Origin: Girardia tigrina
Taxonomy: Eukaryota
Assembly: GCA_001938485.1 (NCBI GenBank)
Contig: MQRK01204999.1
Span: forward strand, 1-55,367
Reading direction: 5' to 3'
DNA length: 55,367 nucleotides
Shown: positions 1 through 12,669 of the stretch, piece by piece
How the letters are laid out: every line of letters starts with the position of its first letter
Numbering within the stretch: position 1 is the first letter of the stretch
The notes under the pieces: model-generated
Database searches by the model: none
Told to the model about the DNA's origin: nothing
The model's input: the letters and a program-made list of their open reading frames with translations, nothing else
Made by a program: the position numbers and the translations under genes

Positions 1-367
1 CAATGCTCGGCCACATGTTGCAGTACCGGTCAAAAATTATTTGGAAAATGCCGGATGGGAAATTCTACCTCACCCGCCTTATAGCCCAGACATAGCTCTT
101 TCTGATTACCACTTGTTTCCGTCGATGCAGAATCACCTTTCTGGAATACGGTTCACCAATGTTGAAGGTATTAAAAAATGGCTTGCTGACTTTCTCGGCG
201 CAAAAGATGAGAAGTTTTTTTGGGATGGATTCCATAAATTGCCTGACAGATGGGAAAAAGTTGCCGCTTCCGATTGACAATATTTTGAATAAAATATTTT
301 TCACTTTTATACTTAAATAAATGGTTTTTTAACAAATAAATACGAAATTAATTAGTTGTACACCAAA
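1..367 (+). mobile_element. mariner transposon 3' part (transposase C-terminus and right TIR)
   Basis: Translation NARPH...WEILPHPPYSPDIALSDYHLF...KLPDRWEKV (mariner YSPDLAPxD motif); TIR tacgaaattaattagttgtacaccaaa followed by TA at 368-369. Confidence 0.92.
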
Positions 368-1514
368 TAAATTAATTATTTTCACAAAATTAAATTTTTT
401 AACAAATATCTGTTTGAATTTATATATTCGTAAATGGATGAGGTAATAGCGAGATAGTGTATGATTGATATCAGCTGAAAAGATAGAGATAAATTTGGAA
501 TGCGTGGTTATGTATAATTTAAGCAAAGGTTTGCACTTACTCCTTTACATTTATGCATATAAAAAGCTAGAAGATATTCTATGTGATAATGAACGCATTA
601 TATTTAGTGGGATGTTTGATTTTTCAATTTTTTGTTGTTCTGATTTCTATAGAAACTCTATAATAATGAGTTCATGATATACAATTTTATGTGGAACAGA
701 GATAAATAGATCGTAGTAATAAATTAGATTAATTTGAAAGGTAAATAAATAAAATAATAGGACTATAAATAAACCTGGGTAAATCATATTGTATAACCAA
801 TTCATATTTTTATTTATATTTATTTTTACTTATATTTATTTATTTATTTTTGTATTTATATTCATATTTATAGCCTTTTATTTATATTTATTATGTATAA
901 TTGCTTAAATTAAAAATTAAATTTAAAATGTTCAATCAATAATTATTGATTAAACATTCACAAATAAATCCTTACGTGATTATTTTATGATCTTCTCTTG
1001 CTGTATTAGTTCGAGTTAATTTCATCGTTTTTTTGTTGTATGTTGATTTATTTCAACAGAAGATTTGAACATTAACGACAAATTTCTACCTCAATTACAG
1101 TATAAAGACTGTCCATTATTCTGAAATCGAAATTAAAAAAAGATTCTAAGAGAACGAAGAAATATTCAATTTATCATTTGAAAGTGACGACATTTTATCG
1201 TTGATTTGATTGTTTTTGGACGCCTTTGATCAAATATTATTTCTCGTTGAACAAAAGTAATTACGTTATTTTTTAGCTTTTTATTATCGATTGTGCGTGT
1301 AATAAATATTATTAACTTTACATTTTAGGACTCGAAAATGATAAAATATAGCACCTTCTCGAACATAATTTTTCTAATTATTTAATAGTTTCAATCTTAC
1401 ATATTAAATATACTTAAGTAAAGTTTTTTTCTTATATATCGGTACTTATTTTTACGTTGAAACATATTCAAGAAACACTATATTTATTAGATTCATTACT
1501 CGAATATATTTATC

Positions 1515-1518
<4 letters not shown>

Positions 1519-1569
<51 letters not shown>

Positions 1570-1643
1570 NNNNNNNNNNNNNNNNNNNNNNNNNNNNNNN
1601 NNNNNNNNNNNNNNNNNNNATATATATATATATATATATATAT
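1519..1643. repeat. (TA)n microsatellite spanning an N-gap
   Basis: TA runs on both sides of the gap 1570-1619. Confidence 0.95.
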
Positions 1644-2334
1644 CATAACTATTCTGAAGCTGCAACAACAACTTGTCTATAACAATATAAAAAGAATCAC
1701 AAACACAATCATCACCCAAGCATAATCCACATCCAGAGAAGTAGAAACTATTACGCCAACAATCAAAGATTCAATCAATCAATCTTCACAAACCGACACT
1801 ATAAACATTAACAAAATTTCTCAGAATCAATCAACACAGATTACTCCATATGATGACTTACCATCATTGAAAAACAGAGACAAAAACACATAACCTGAAC
1901 TAAGTAAAGAAAATAATTGTTTTAATAAGACAAACATTTACAGCCCAAATGAAGAAACTGATTTCGACATAAATTTCAGTAATTGTACAAGTCCTGATTA
2001 TGATCCAGAACAATACCCATCGAACAGAAAAATAAATCAAGTAAACAACATCACACACGAAAAGAAATTCAAAAACACCGACCAACAATCAACAAAAATC
2101 AACAACAGTTTCACAGACATTTGCGCAGAGATTACGGCACTCGTCAAAGATAACATTACCAATTTTCTCGACAGACTTTACAAAATTGGGAGCTATAAAA
2201 GAAATTCTTTCATCTTGCTAATAAAAGACGTAGTGAATTAGATTCTGTTCCAAAAAACGCCTCGACCATATAGACTTCAGAGATTGGGAGGACGATTTAG
2301 TTAAAAAAATTAAATCCAGATTCGAACATAATTT

Positions 2335-3024
2335 GGATCTTGTTGAAAATATGCCCCCAGGGGCATATTTTTTAGTTGTGTAATTTTAGGAGCGTACTTT
2401 TAAGTTGTGTAACTATATCTTAATATAAATACATCTTATTTATTTTAATGTTCATAAATATTTTTTGGATCATGTCACCTAGTACGTATGAAACAATCAT
2501 AAGAAAACTAATGAATGCTGATTTAAAAGACACGATAGCATTTTTTAAAACAAAGGGGATTTTGAAATCATCAATGAAGTGTGGCAGTTGCGGCAGTTTA
2601 CCTGTGAAGTAATATTGCCGGGTACAACAATTCACAGTGATGAATGGAGAGCATATTCCAATTTAAATGCTCTAGGATATGATCATGGTACAGTTAATCA
2701 TTCGATTAATTTTGTAGATCCTAGAACCGGGATTCACACACAAAATGTTGAATCTTATTGGAATAAAAACAAAACACGGCGCAAGAAAATGAAAGGAGTC
2801 AAAAAAGAATTTTTACAGGATTACCATGGCGAGACAACATTTCTGGAGATTCTTTTGAAAAATTGATGAATTTATTGAAAAATTACTTTAATGATGAATA
2901 AATTTCATAATTTTGTATTGTGTTTTTATTGTATTTATTACACGGGGCTTATTTTTTAGTTGTGTAATTTCAGGGGCATACTTTTTAGTTGTGTAATTTT
3001 AGGGGCATACTTTTAACAAGATCT
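2335..3024 (+). mobile_element. Merlin/IS1595-family DNA transposon, internally deleted
   Basis: TIRs ggatcttgttgaaaatatgcccc / ggggcatacttttaacaagatct; N-terminal piece from ATG 2472 (MSPSTYE...MKCGSCGSL) joined out of frame to PGTTIHSDEWRAY...VNHSINFVDPRTGIHTQNVESYW (ISXO2/Merlin DDE C-terminus); ~29-bp subterminal repeats. No TSD found. Confidence 0.88.
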
Positions 3025-3798
3025 CAGTGGTTAAAATTACAGTGATGAAGAAGCTTACGTATTGCAAGTATTTAGTTGCGTGTGATTCTTTACAATTCCC
3101 TTGATATATCAGCCAAATATGACAAAGAAAAGTCCACCCATTGCAACAGATGATTAAACCGAATTTAACAAATGCGTAATATAAAATAGACAAATCAACA
3201 AATCCTATGGAGACACGTGTTCGATAAAAGCTTTAGTATTTAGTCTATATAATGGAAGTCGATTCAATTTCGAACAAATCTGGTGGATTCCCAAGAATAT
3301 ATTAAAAAATATTTGTTTGAATAATAAAACACTTTTATTACCAACTATTTGTTTGAATGATATTTTTGTATTTAAACTAAATTGTTTTCATCTTATTCTG
3401 ATATTATAAAAAACATTCACAAAATTCAATTGAAATTTGATTTTCGAAATTTATCTATTTAATAACTACAAACACATTATAAGTAAAAAAAACAGAAATA
3501 TTAAAATTACAAACCCATTCCTCATTGAATAATAATTACCGATTTTGTTTTAATACTCAAAGGTATTTTTAAAAAATTGTACAACAATTTAAAATCACTC
3601 TTCAAACAATTTTTTTACATCAAAGACCACGAAAACAAAAAAAAACACCCGAATTCCGAATTAGTTTATTTTGGATTAATTTGCAGTAATTAAAGAAGAA
3701 AAAATCGTCTTTTATATACCGAATAAATTTCCAAAAAAAATTCAAAAATGTCATTAATTACCGTTGAAATTCGTCTCGAATCGTTTTAGACATGAAAA

Positions 3799-4149
3799 AT
3801 GGAAGGTGATTCACGTAAATCTCTCGATTTGATCGCCTTCTGTGTCGACAGTCCGACAAATAATTTACTGAGCGAAGAAAAACCGGACGAAATAAATTCT
3901 TCAAATCGAATCGCTTCAAACGATTCGATTAAAATGGAATATTTGTCGTTCAGTGATTATCGGGATCCGATGAAACCGAATTTAGCGGTCAATGTAAAGC
4001 ACGAAGAAGCGAATTTATATACCAACGACGTTATTAATTCCATTAAAACACCGAAAAATTCGCTAATTGCGAATTCGCACTCGAAATCGACCGATCAGTC
4101 GACACCGTCTCGCAAACGACAGACATTCAAATGTCCCTTCTGTCCAAAA
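3799..4149 (+). CDS. ZNF541: ZNF541/TRERF1-like C2H2 zinc-finger gene, first coding exon
   Basis: ATG preceded by an in-frame TGA; GC richer than flanks; ends FKCPFCPK then donor gtttgt at 4150 (phase 0); completes a finger with the exon at 33282. Confidence 0.8.
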
Positions 4150-4831
4150 GTTTGTTTTGAATAACTTTTTCTTAGCATTTTTTTGCAAAAAACCAAAAGA
4201 TATAACATTTCGAATTATATTCTTTTGTGATAATATATTTAGCCGGTTATACCGTTGTTGGGTTCGTGATTGTTTTCCGATAAAAACTCAAATGAAGACA
4301 TTACAACACTTTAACATAATATTTAAACAAGTTTTATTTAAGTAAATTTCTGAAGAGAACTTTTTCATTTTTCTTGCACAAACCAATGATATCCAAATCA
4401 ATTGTCACTATAAATCAAATGTAAATTTTAAATAATTTGTTTTGGAATAATATAGTAATAATAGGATTTTCTTCTCATTTTTATAGAAAGACCAAAGATA
4501 CGACATTTCGAAAAAATAAAAATAATTTAAAAATATACTTAATAAATATTAAGTGCCTCTACGACACTAAAAAAACATGGCAAATAGTGACCGGAAAAAC
4601 AAAGAAAAATTTAACGTTCTTAGTGACCCAATTGCGAATACCTGTGGGGATAGATAGGTAGAATTACCCTTAATACATTATGTTTATTCAAACCGAATTG
4701 ATTCAAACTCCTAAGCAAAACTCAAACCTCTACTTAATTTTTCAATTGTCTTATTTAATTATTTTATTTAAATTTTATTTTTAATTTTCTTTTTTTAGAT
4801 AAATTATTTATTTAATTTATCTTATAATATT

Positions 4832-4835
<4 letters not shown>

Positions 4836-4877
<42 letters not shown>

Positions 4878-5511
4878 CGAAAATATAATTTGATTANNNN
4901 NNNNNNNNNNNNNNNNNNNNNNNNNNNNNNNNNNNNNNNNNNNNNNNNNNNNNNNNNNNNNNNNNNNNNNNNNNNNNNNNNNNNNNNNNNNNNNNNNNNN
5001 NNNNNNNNNNNNNNNNNNNNNNNNNNNNNNNNNNNNNNNNNNNNNNNNNNNNNNNNNNNNNNNNNNNNNNNNNNNNNNNNNNNNNNNNNNNNNNNNNNNN
5101 NNNNNNNNNNNNNNNNNNNNNNNNNNNNNNNNNNNNNNNNNNNNNNNNNNNNNNNNNNNNNNNNNNNNNNNNNNNNNNNNNNNNNNNNNNNNNNNNNNNN
5201 NNNNNNNNNNNNNNNNNNNNNNNNNNNNNNNNNNNNNNNNNNNNNNNNNNNNNNNNNNNNNNNNNNNNNNNNNNNNNNNNNNNNNNNNNNNNNNNNNNNN
5301 NNNNNNNNNNNNNNNNNNNNNNNNNNNNNNNNNNNNNNNNNNNNNNNNNNNNNNNNNNNNNNNNNNNNNNNNNNNNNNNNNNNNNNNNNNNNNNNNNNNN
5401 NNNNNNNNNNNNNNNNNNNNNNNNNNNNNNNNNNNNNNNNNNNNNNNNNNNNNNNNNNNNNNNNNNNNNNNNNNNNNNNNNNNNNNNNNNNNNNNNNNNN
5501 NNNNNNNNNNN

Positions 5512-5564
<53 letters not shown>

Positions 5565-5571
5565 ATATATA
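4836..5571. repeat. (TA)n/(TG)n microsatellites flanking an N-gap
   Basis: Direct inspection. Confidence 0.9.
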
Positions 5572-5601
5572 TTTATAAACAGTAAAACAAGCTTAGAATC
5601 A

Positions 5602-5644
5602 GTAATCTGATGATGACGGTAAAAACGGCGAAATATATTATCAC
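5602..5644 (+). ncRNA. minimal type I hammerhead ribozyme motif, degenerate
   Basis: gtaat-CTGATGA-t-gacg-gtaaaaa-cggc-GAAA-tata-TT-atcac; one mismatch each in stems I and II. Confidence 0.55.
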
Positions 5645-5790
5645 AAACAATTTAAAATGGTGTATCTTTTGTTTAAAAAAATGCCATTATTTTTTAAAAT
5701 TTATTCACAATTATTTCTTATGTATTACTTTTTAAATATAATAAATATTATTAAATAAATATTAATAAATCACTATTCGAAAGTCAATTA

Positions 5791-5837
5791 AACTGTTTAT
5801 TAATTTCGACGAATTAACCGTCTTCTTCAGAACAACT
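5791..5837 (-). ncRNA. minimal type I hammerhead ribozyme (Penelope-type)
   Basis: Minus strand agttgtt-CTGAAGA-a-gacg-gttaatt-cgtc-GAAA-ttaa-TA-aacagtt: full core, perfect 4-bp stem II, 1-bp stem III with palindromic TTAA loop, 7-bp stem I with two G-U pairs. Confidence 0.75.
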
Positions 5838-5861
5838 GATATTTTTAAAAAAATGGGGTTA

Positions 5862-6355
5862 CGGAACTAATTTCGCTAATGAACTAATTTCGCTAAAGAA
5901 TTATTTTCGCTAAAGAATTAATTTCGCTAAAGAATTAATTTCGCTAAAGAATTAATTTCGCTAAAGAATTAATTTCGGTAAAGAATTAATTTCGCTAAAG
6001 AATTAATTTCGCTAAAGAATTAATTTCGCTAAAGAATTAATTTCGCTAAAGAATTAATTTCGCTAAAGAATTAATTTCGCTAAAGAATTAATTTCGCTAA
6101 AGAATTAANNNNNNNNNNNNNNNNNNNNNNNNNNNNNNNNNNNNNNNNNNNNNNNNNNNNNNNNNNNNNNNNNNNNNNNNGCTAAAGAATTAATTTCGCT
6201 AAAGAATTAATTTCGCTAAAGAATTAATTTCGCTAAAGAATTAATTTCGCTAAAGAATTAATTTCGCTAAAGAATTAATTTCGCTAAAGAATTAATTTCA
6301 CTAAAGAATTAATTTCGCTGAAGAAATAATTTGGTTAGTGGACTAATTTCACTAA
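5862..6355. repeat. 18-bp tandem satellite (aattaatttcgctaaaga)n inside the left MULE TIR
   Basis: More than 20 visible units, interrupted by an N-gap. Confidence 0.95.
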
Positions 6356-6754
6356 TGCTGATATTATTTTGGCTATTATAAATGAAACCCGATATTGTAG
6401 AAAAAAATAATTAATTAAAAATTGTAAAAAATTAAAGTAAAATTGTAGAAAAAGGTAAATTAATCCTTCAAATTACACAAATAAATAATTGCTGTTAAAG
6501 TGATTAATAATTTTAATAATAATGTAATTCTATTTTTACAACAAAATTAATTAGGAAATATTAAAAATATACACAAATAATACATAGACTAAACAACAAT
6601 TGAATATAACTTGAACGACTTTTTATAACATAACTCTGTATATAAAAATAACGCAATATTATGAACGAAAAATATATTTCACTACAAATATTTTTGTTTA
6701 CAAAATATCTTTCTTTTCGACACTAAATTGATCGTCTTCAAGACCCCTGCTGGT

Positions 6755-8164
6755 CTAAAATATTGATTGAATTGCAGGTTCAATATCCAAAATGTTCAAG
6801 TATCTGCAAAGAAATTGGAATGGAGTGATTTCATTATTTTTNNNNNNNNNNNNNNNNNNNNNNNNNNNNNNNNNNNNNNNNNNNNNNNNNNNNNNNNNNN
6901 NNNNNNNNNNNNNNNNNNNNNNNNNNNNNNNNNNNNNNNNNNNNNNNNNNNNNNNNNNNNNNNNNNNNNNNNNNNNNNNNNNNNNNNNNNNNNNNNNNNN
7001 NNCAAATTTCATCTTTAGTTTCTTGTTGAAGGTCTCGGAGAAATTGTTGGTCAAGATCGTGGAATTGAACCAATTGATTATCGCGAGATCAATTAGCCAT
7101 GTCCTTTCAAAGTAGAGATGAAAAGAGGCTATTTTTGTTTGTTGTTGTCGAGTTACAATCCTTGTTTATATCAATGTACTAAATAATGTACGTATTTTAT
7201 CAGAGGGCAAAATCCAAGCGCCATTATCAAATTTATCAGCTGGTTGAATTCTTTATTGCGAATGAAAAAAAATATTTCAAGCCAAGTTCGCCAAGTTTCC
7301 TTACAGTAGCCTGCTTCAAATGAAAATAGCAGCCTTGACAGGTAATCTGTGAAAATATTTCACGAAATGCTCTGATTGGAGCTTTTTCAAAGTCACCAAT
7401 TGTGCCAATGAAGGCAAAAATTGAGGTACCACATCTTTTATTTTCTGAATAACCAACTTGTAATGTTGATATTGCTTAGATTTCATCAAGACAAAAATCG
7501 TTGGTAACATTCTTTGACCATGTCGAACTGAAATAATGAACAACTGAGAAAATATTTTTGGCACAATAAAAAATGTCCCATCATAACAGATGCTATCAAA
7601 ATTTGGGAGATTATCAACCATCTCAGTTGAAAAGAAAAAGATTCCAATAAATTCATCGCCATAAAATATTGGACCCTTATAATGCTGGTTAAGTATTGCA
7701 TTTTCTGTTATGTATTTAACATAACCAGGCACATCTTCTGGAATCTTAGGGAAGACCAGATGTTTTTTTTTGGTCATTCCTCGGGCAACCATTGGGAAAT
7801 AAATTCTCGTGCCAACTTCTTCTGAGTACACCAGGCAAACATTATCAAAAATCTGTCTTGAACTTTCTGATATTGTTTCGGACTTATCTTTTAGCTCCTT
7901 CTTCAGTGCTCTCATTGGTTCATCATATAGTTCAGGTTCGTGATTATGACATGTTTCAATAATAATTTCATTGGTATCAATGGTAATAGAGGCTTTACTA
8001 CTGCAGCCTGTAGTGGGATACATTAGACACCTTAATGTAATTCTATTTTTGTACATTTTATTCTTATAATACAAAAAAGAATTTGCCCGATACAGTTTGG
8101 AATTCATTCGCAACCCCTCCACAACTTCATATCCAATATTTGAAGATGACGTTTGATCTACCAT
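6755..8164 (-). pseudogene. FLYWCH-MULE transposase, frameshifted
   Basis: FLYYKNK...LRC...GCSSKA...CHNHEP (FLYWCH-like); CYDGTFF; after a frameshift near 7400, GDFEKA...GCYFH; C-terminal TNNFSETFNKKL. Confidence 0.88.
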
Positions 8165-8489
8165 AACAACGTTTTAAATTTTATTAATTCTTAAAAAACA
8201 TAAGTTAAAACAAAATTAATTATTTAGCGAAATTAAATTATTTTTTTCTACTACCTTTTTCTACTATTTTACATTAATTTTTTTACAATTTTTAATTAAT
8301 TTATCTTTTTCTACTATTTTACTTTAATTTCTACTATTTCTATATATTTTCTACAATAACGGGTTTCATTAATAATAAACAAATTAATACCAGCATTAGT
8401 GAAATTAGTCCATTAGCGAAATTAATTCTTTAGCGAAATTAGTTCCGCACCCCAAAAAAATGTACTTATACTGCCGGTAATGATTATGT

Positions 8490-9481
8490 AATCATCACGT
8501 TTATTTATAATTTACCAATACAACTATTTGTTTCATTCATCAAAGTATTTACCAATATTATAGATACACTTTTGTCATTTGAGCGGCAGCTTGTTGAGGT
8601 CATTTAAATAAAAATTTGGTGGGCGAAAATCTATAAATTCCTGTAAGGCCATTTTTACAGCATCTTTGGAATTGAATTGTTTTCCTATAAAAAATTATTC
8701 AAATTGAGCAAGAAATGGTAGTCAGTTGGGGGTATGTCTAGTGAGTATAGAGGGTGATATAGAAGTTCCAACTCAAATTCCTGTAGTTTTTTACATTCTT
8801 AAGTGCAATATGTGGTTTTGCATTGTCGTGAAGCAAGAGGTGAGTCGGTCTATTTACCTAACGCGACTGTTTTTCTTTGAGTTTCCGCATCATATCTTCC
8901 AATTGTTTGCAGTATACATCTCCTGTGATTGACGAACCAGATTTCATAAAGTCATAATGGATTAAACTTGCGACAGACCATCAAACAGTCACCATTAGTT
9001 TATTTTGATGAATATCGTGCTCCGGATTGGGCAAACGTTAGCGATAAATCATAAGCACTTTGTGTTGGATGCGACTCCACGGTTACCTTCAATTCATCAT
9101 TGTCTACCTGCTTTCCTGAGTGACTCCCGCATTGAGGTTAAAATTACCTTTCACGAATTAACTGAACCAATTTGAGACTGTCTGCTGCGTAATAACATTG
9201 TATCCGAATACACTAATGATGTTTCGCATATTTTCTGACAACTCATAACAACTCGTACTTCATAATAGTTCGAATTTCTGCCTTCTCAATTTATTAGAGT
9301 ACTGATTATTAAAACAAGTTATCAATATTTTAAATTAAGTTTTATTAATGTGTTCAGTGACTAAGATCTGTACCAATCAAACAAACAAAAACTGAGCTGC
9401 AATGTATTAAGTCATTATCAAATTGTAATATTTGAATGTATTGTAATTATTTCTGCAAATTTTATACTTGACAACCTAATA
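8490..9481 (-). mobile_element. degenerate mariner
   Basis: Minus-strand LHDNAKPH, LELLYHPLYSLDIPPTDYHF, LNKLPLK*QKCI; terminus tattaggttgtcaagtat at ~9481. Confidence 0.8.
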
Positions 9482-10344
9482 GACATACGATCAAAGGATA
9501 TGTCCATAAAGTATTAATACAAGAGTTTAACATCTTCGTTAAAAATTTTTGATAACGAACTTGGTATTCTTCACTATACACTTTGTAATAATAGCTATAA
9601 AAACTTATTAATTAACTTCATTAAAAATATTATTGGTGACAGAGTGGGTTCATGTGGGGGTTCCTAGGTCGCCAATCAATTACAGAATAATAAAATATGA
9701 CCAAATAATTACACGCAATCATTTGAAATCGCATGTTCGAGTGAGACAAATCGATGACAAAATTCGCCCATTAGCATCGTTTAGTATGAATATCAACATT
9801 AATTTCGACAAAAAAATGAAAGAAATTCATTCATTGATTATCAATCGAGAATTAGACAAAATAAATGTGAAAAATTAAGTGCATTACTGAACGAATTGCA
9901 TTCTATTATTGACTCAAAATCGCGCTGCATTAAAAATATTCATTTGATATTCTACAAACAATATAAAGAATTTTTTATTAGGAAAAAATATTTTTTAATT
10001 AATAAATAAATAATTAATAGAATCAATAATTAATAATGGATAAAACTGGTAAATAAATCAATAAAATAAATTTCTACAAGGAGAAAATATTTTTTCAATT
10101 AATAATTTAATAATTATTACAAAAAAATAAACAAACAAAATTAATTTATTTAATTAGAAAAAAATAAAGTAAAAGTTTATTTTAAAATAGAAAATAAATA
10201 AATCAAATTAATAACGAAATAAATTTTTTTATAAATATAAAGTAAAATATAAAAACTAAATTAAAACAAAATAATTTGTTATTAAATTAAAAAATAAAAA
10301 CGTAAAATTAAATTAATAAGTAATTTGAAAAATCTACGTAAACA

Positions 10345-11920
10345 ATTGAACAGTCGCTATCGTCTCGCAAACGACAGTCATTCCAAATGTCTCTTTTATC
10401 CTAAAGTTGGTTTAGAAAAAATTGAATTAATTTGACAATTTTATTGATTTTTTTTAAATAAAATAAATAAAAAGGGAAATAAATTAATAAAATAATTTTC
10501 CATAAAACTTTTTTAATAAACAATTAAAATATATAAAATAATTTTAATAAAAATAAGTTAAATAAAAAAAATATTTATTTAATTACTGCAAATTAAATAA
10601 AAATATAATTCAAAATAGAAAATAAATAAATAAAATTAATAAAAAAATAAAATAAATTATAATTATAAAATTCAAATATCAGTTTAGATTCATTAAATAA
10701 TATAAGTAAATAAATTTAGTTAAATTAAAACAAAGAATAATTAATTAATTTAATTAAAATATTAAATTTAATAAATAAAACGAATAAAAAGTATTATATT
10801 CTTATAAATATAAAATTAATTTTAGATTAAGTAAATAATATTTCCATTAAATAATATGAAAGTAAAACAAAATAGATAAATTAAAAATTTAATATATATA
10901 TATATATAATAAATTAAATTCATACAAAAAATGAGTCGACCAGTCGGAACCGTCTTGTAAACAACACATTCAAATGTCCCTTTTGTCTGAAAGTTAATTT
11001 GGAAAAATAACATTTTTTTTTAAAAAATTAAAATGGAAAATCAATAAATTATTTTTTTTAAAAAATATTTTTCTTTATAAATTCATTTTATTGATTTATT
11101 TTTTATTTTAAATTGTAAAAAATTCATAAAATTTTTAAAAAGATTTTTTATATTTCATATTTTTTTCATTAATTTAATTTTTTAAATTTTCTATTTTGAA
11201 TTATACTGTTTTAAATTGATAATTTAATTATATTATTAAATTATCAATTAAAACAGTATAATTCCAAATTGAAAATAAAAAAATAAAATTAATAAAAAAA
11301 TATTAAATAGAAAAAATCTTTTTAACAATTTAACATAACTATAATTTAACAAAAAAATAAAATAATAAAATCTTTTTATTAAAAACAATCAATACAAATA
11401 TACTTAGAAATAGAAAATAACTAAATAAAATTCCTAAAAAAAATCATTGTAAATATAAAAATTTAATTGAAATTTTAGATTAATTGAATAGTACAAGTTA
11501 AATAAATAATTCAGTTGTATTAAAACAAAAACGATTAATTAATTAAATTAAAATATAAAACTAAATGAATAAAATTAATAAAAATAATAAATTTTTATTA
11601 ATATAAAACTGATATGTAATTTTATATTTAGTAAATAATATTAATATTAAATTATACGAAATTAAAACAATAATATAAATTAGTTAAATTAAAATCTAAA
11701 AATGATAAATTAAATTAAGAATTTATTTGCGAATTCCGTAAAATTAATCAATCCGTTTCGTTAACAACAAATATTCAAATGTCACTTTTGTTCGAAAGTT
11801 TGTTTCAAAAATTTAAAGAGACAAATTCTTTCTAATTATGTGATATATTATTGATCACTTTTCAGTAATTTTTCTCGAAGATGAACAATTTTTCTGTTTT
11901 CTTCTTAAGCATCTGTTCTT
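10345..11920 (+). pseudogene. three decayed copies of the 3' end of zinc-finger exon 1 plus splice donor
   Basis: Homologues of cagtcgacaccgtctcgcaaacgacagacattcaaatgtcccttctgtccaaaagtttg (4096-4154) at ~10350-10410, ~10935-11000 and ~11720-11810, each with a frameshift or stop. Confidence 0.8.
11125..11335. repeat. AT-rich imperfect palindrome centred at ~11232
   Basis: aattatactgtttttaaattgataatttaat / attaaattatcaattaaaacagtataatt, with arms extending about 100 bp. Confidence 0.8.
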
Positions 11921-12669
11921 CCAAGTATTTCTGAAGCGTAACGTTTGATCGTGACACCATGTTATATATTTTAAAAAATTCTAAAATGAATAAGAGGGGA
12001 ATACGTATAACATTTATTAAGGTACATATCATTCAAATGAATATAAATTCAATTTAAAAATTTTAATTTTTAATTTTTAGTACTCTTTCTTCTGTAAACA
12101 AATTAGCAAACTCGTTGTTTACAATTTTCTTTTCCAACTGCTCTTGCAAAAGTTTTTTTCATTCTGTAATTAATCATATACATGCAAAGATTAGAAACCA
12201 AGGAGAATTCAACAGCATGAAGTATTCTATATTCACCAATGAACAAGTCAAACATAATATCTTGTAATTATTTTGTAAGAAAGAGTTTCGAACAAAAATA
12301 AATTAGAACAACAAAGAAATTAGCTGTCACTATAAATTCACACATTTTAGCACTTTTATCAAATCCTAATTAAATTAAAGTTAATTTAGAATGAATATAG
12401 TACTGAAATCTGACAAAATTCATTACTCAAATAAATTTTTAGAAATCGTACCCTGATTTTTAGATATTTGCATGTATTTATTTAATTTAAATAATTTTTA
12501 ACATGTGAATTAATAAATAAAAGAAATTAAATAATTAAAAAATGATGGTAATAGCATAAATAAATGCTTCTCCATAATTCGAAATCATCCTTATTTTTAT
12601 GAGCAAGTCTGTAGGGATAACCATCTTTCAACTACATTTCTTTATGCTTCTGTGAATTTATTTTCTCCA

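Larger units (their letters stand above)
5856..8453 (-). mobile_element. Mutator/MULE transposon with long repetitive TIRs
   Basis: 9-bp TSD aaaaaaatg (5847-5855 and 8454-8462); TIR ends gggttacggaactaatttcgctaa / ttagcgaaattagttccgcacccc; inner TIR parts 6340-6460 and 8250-8410 are also inverted homologues. Confidence 0.93.

Noticed and set aside
5862-6355. 18-bp array as a CRISPR
   Set aside because: No unique spacers and no cas genes; it is a head-to-tail repeat in a eukaryotic MULE TIR.
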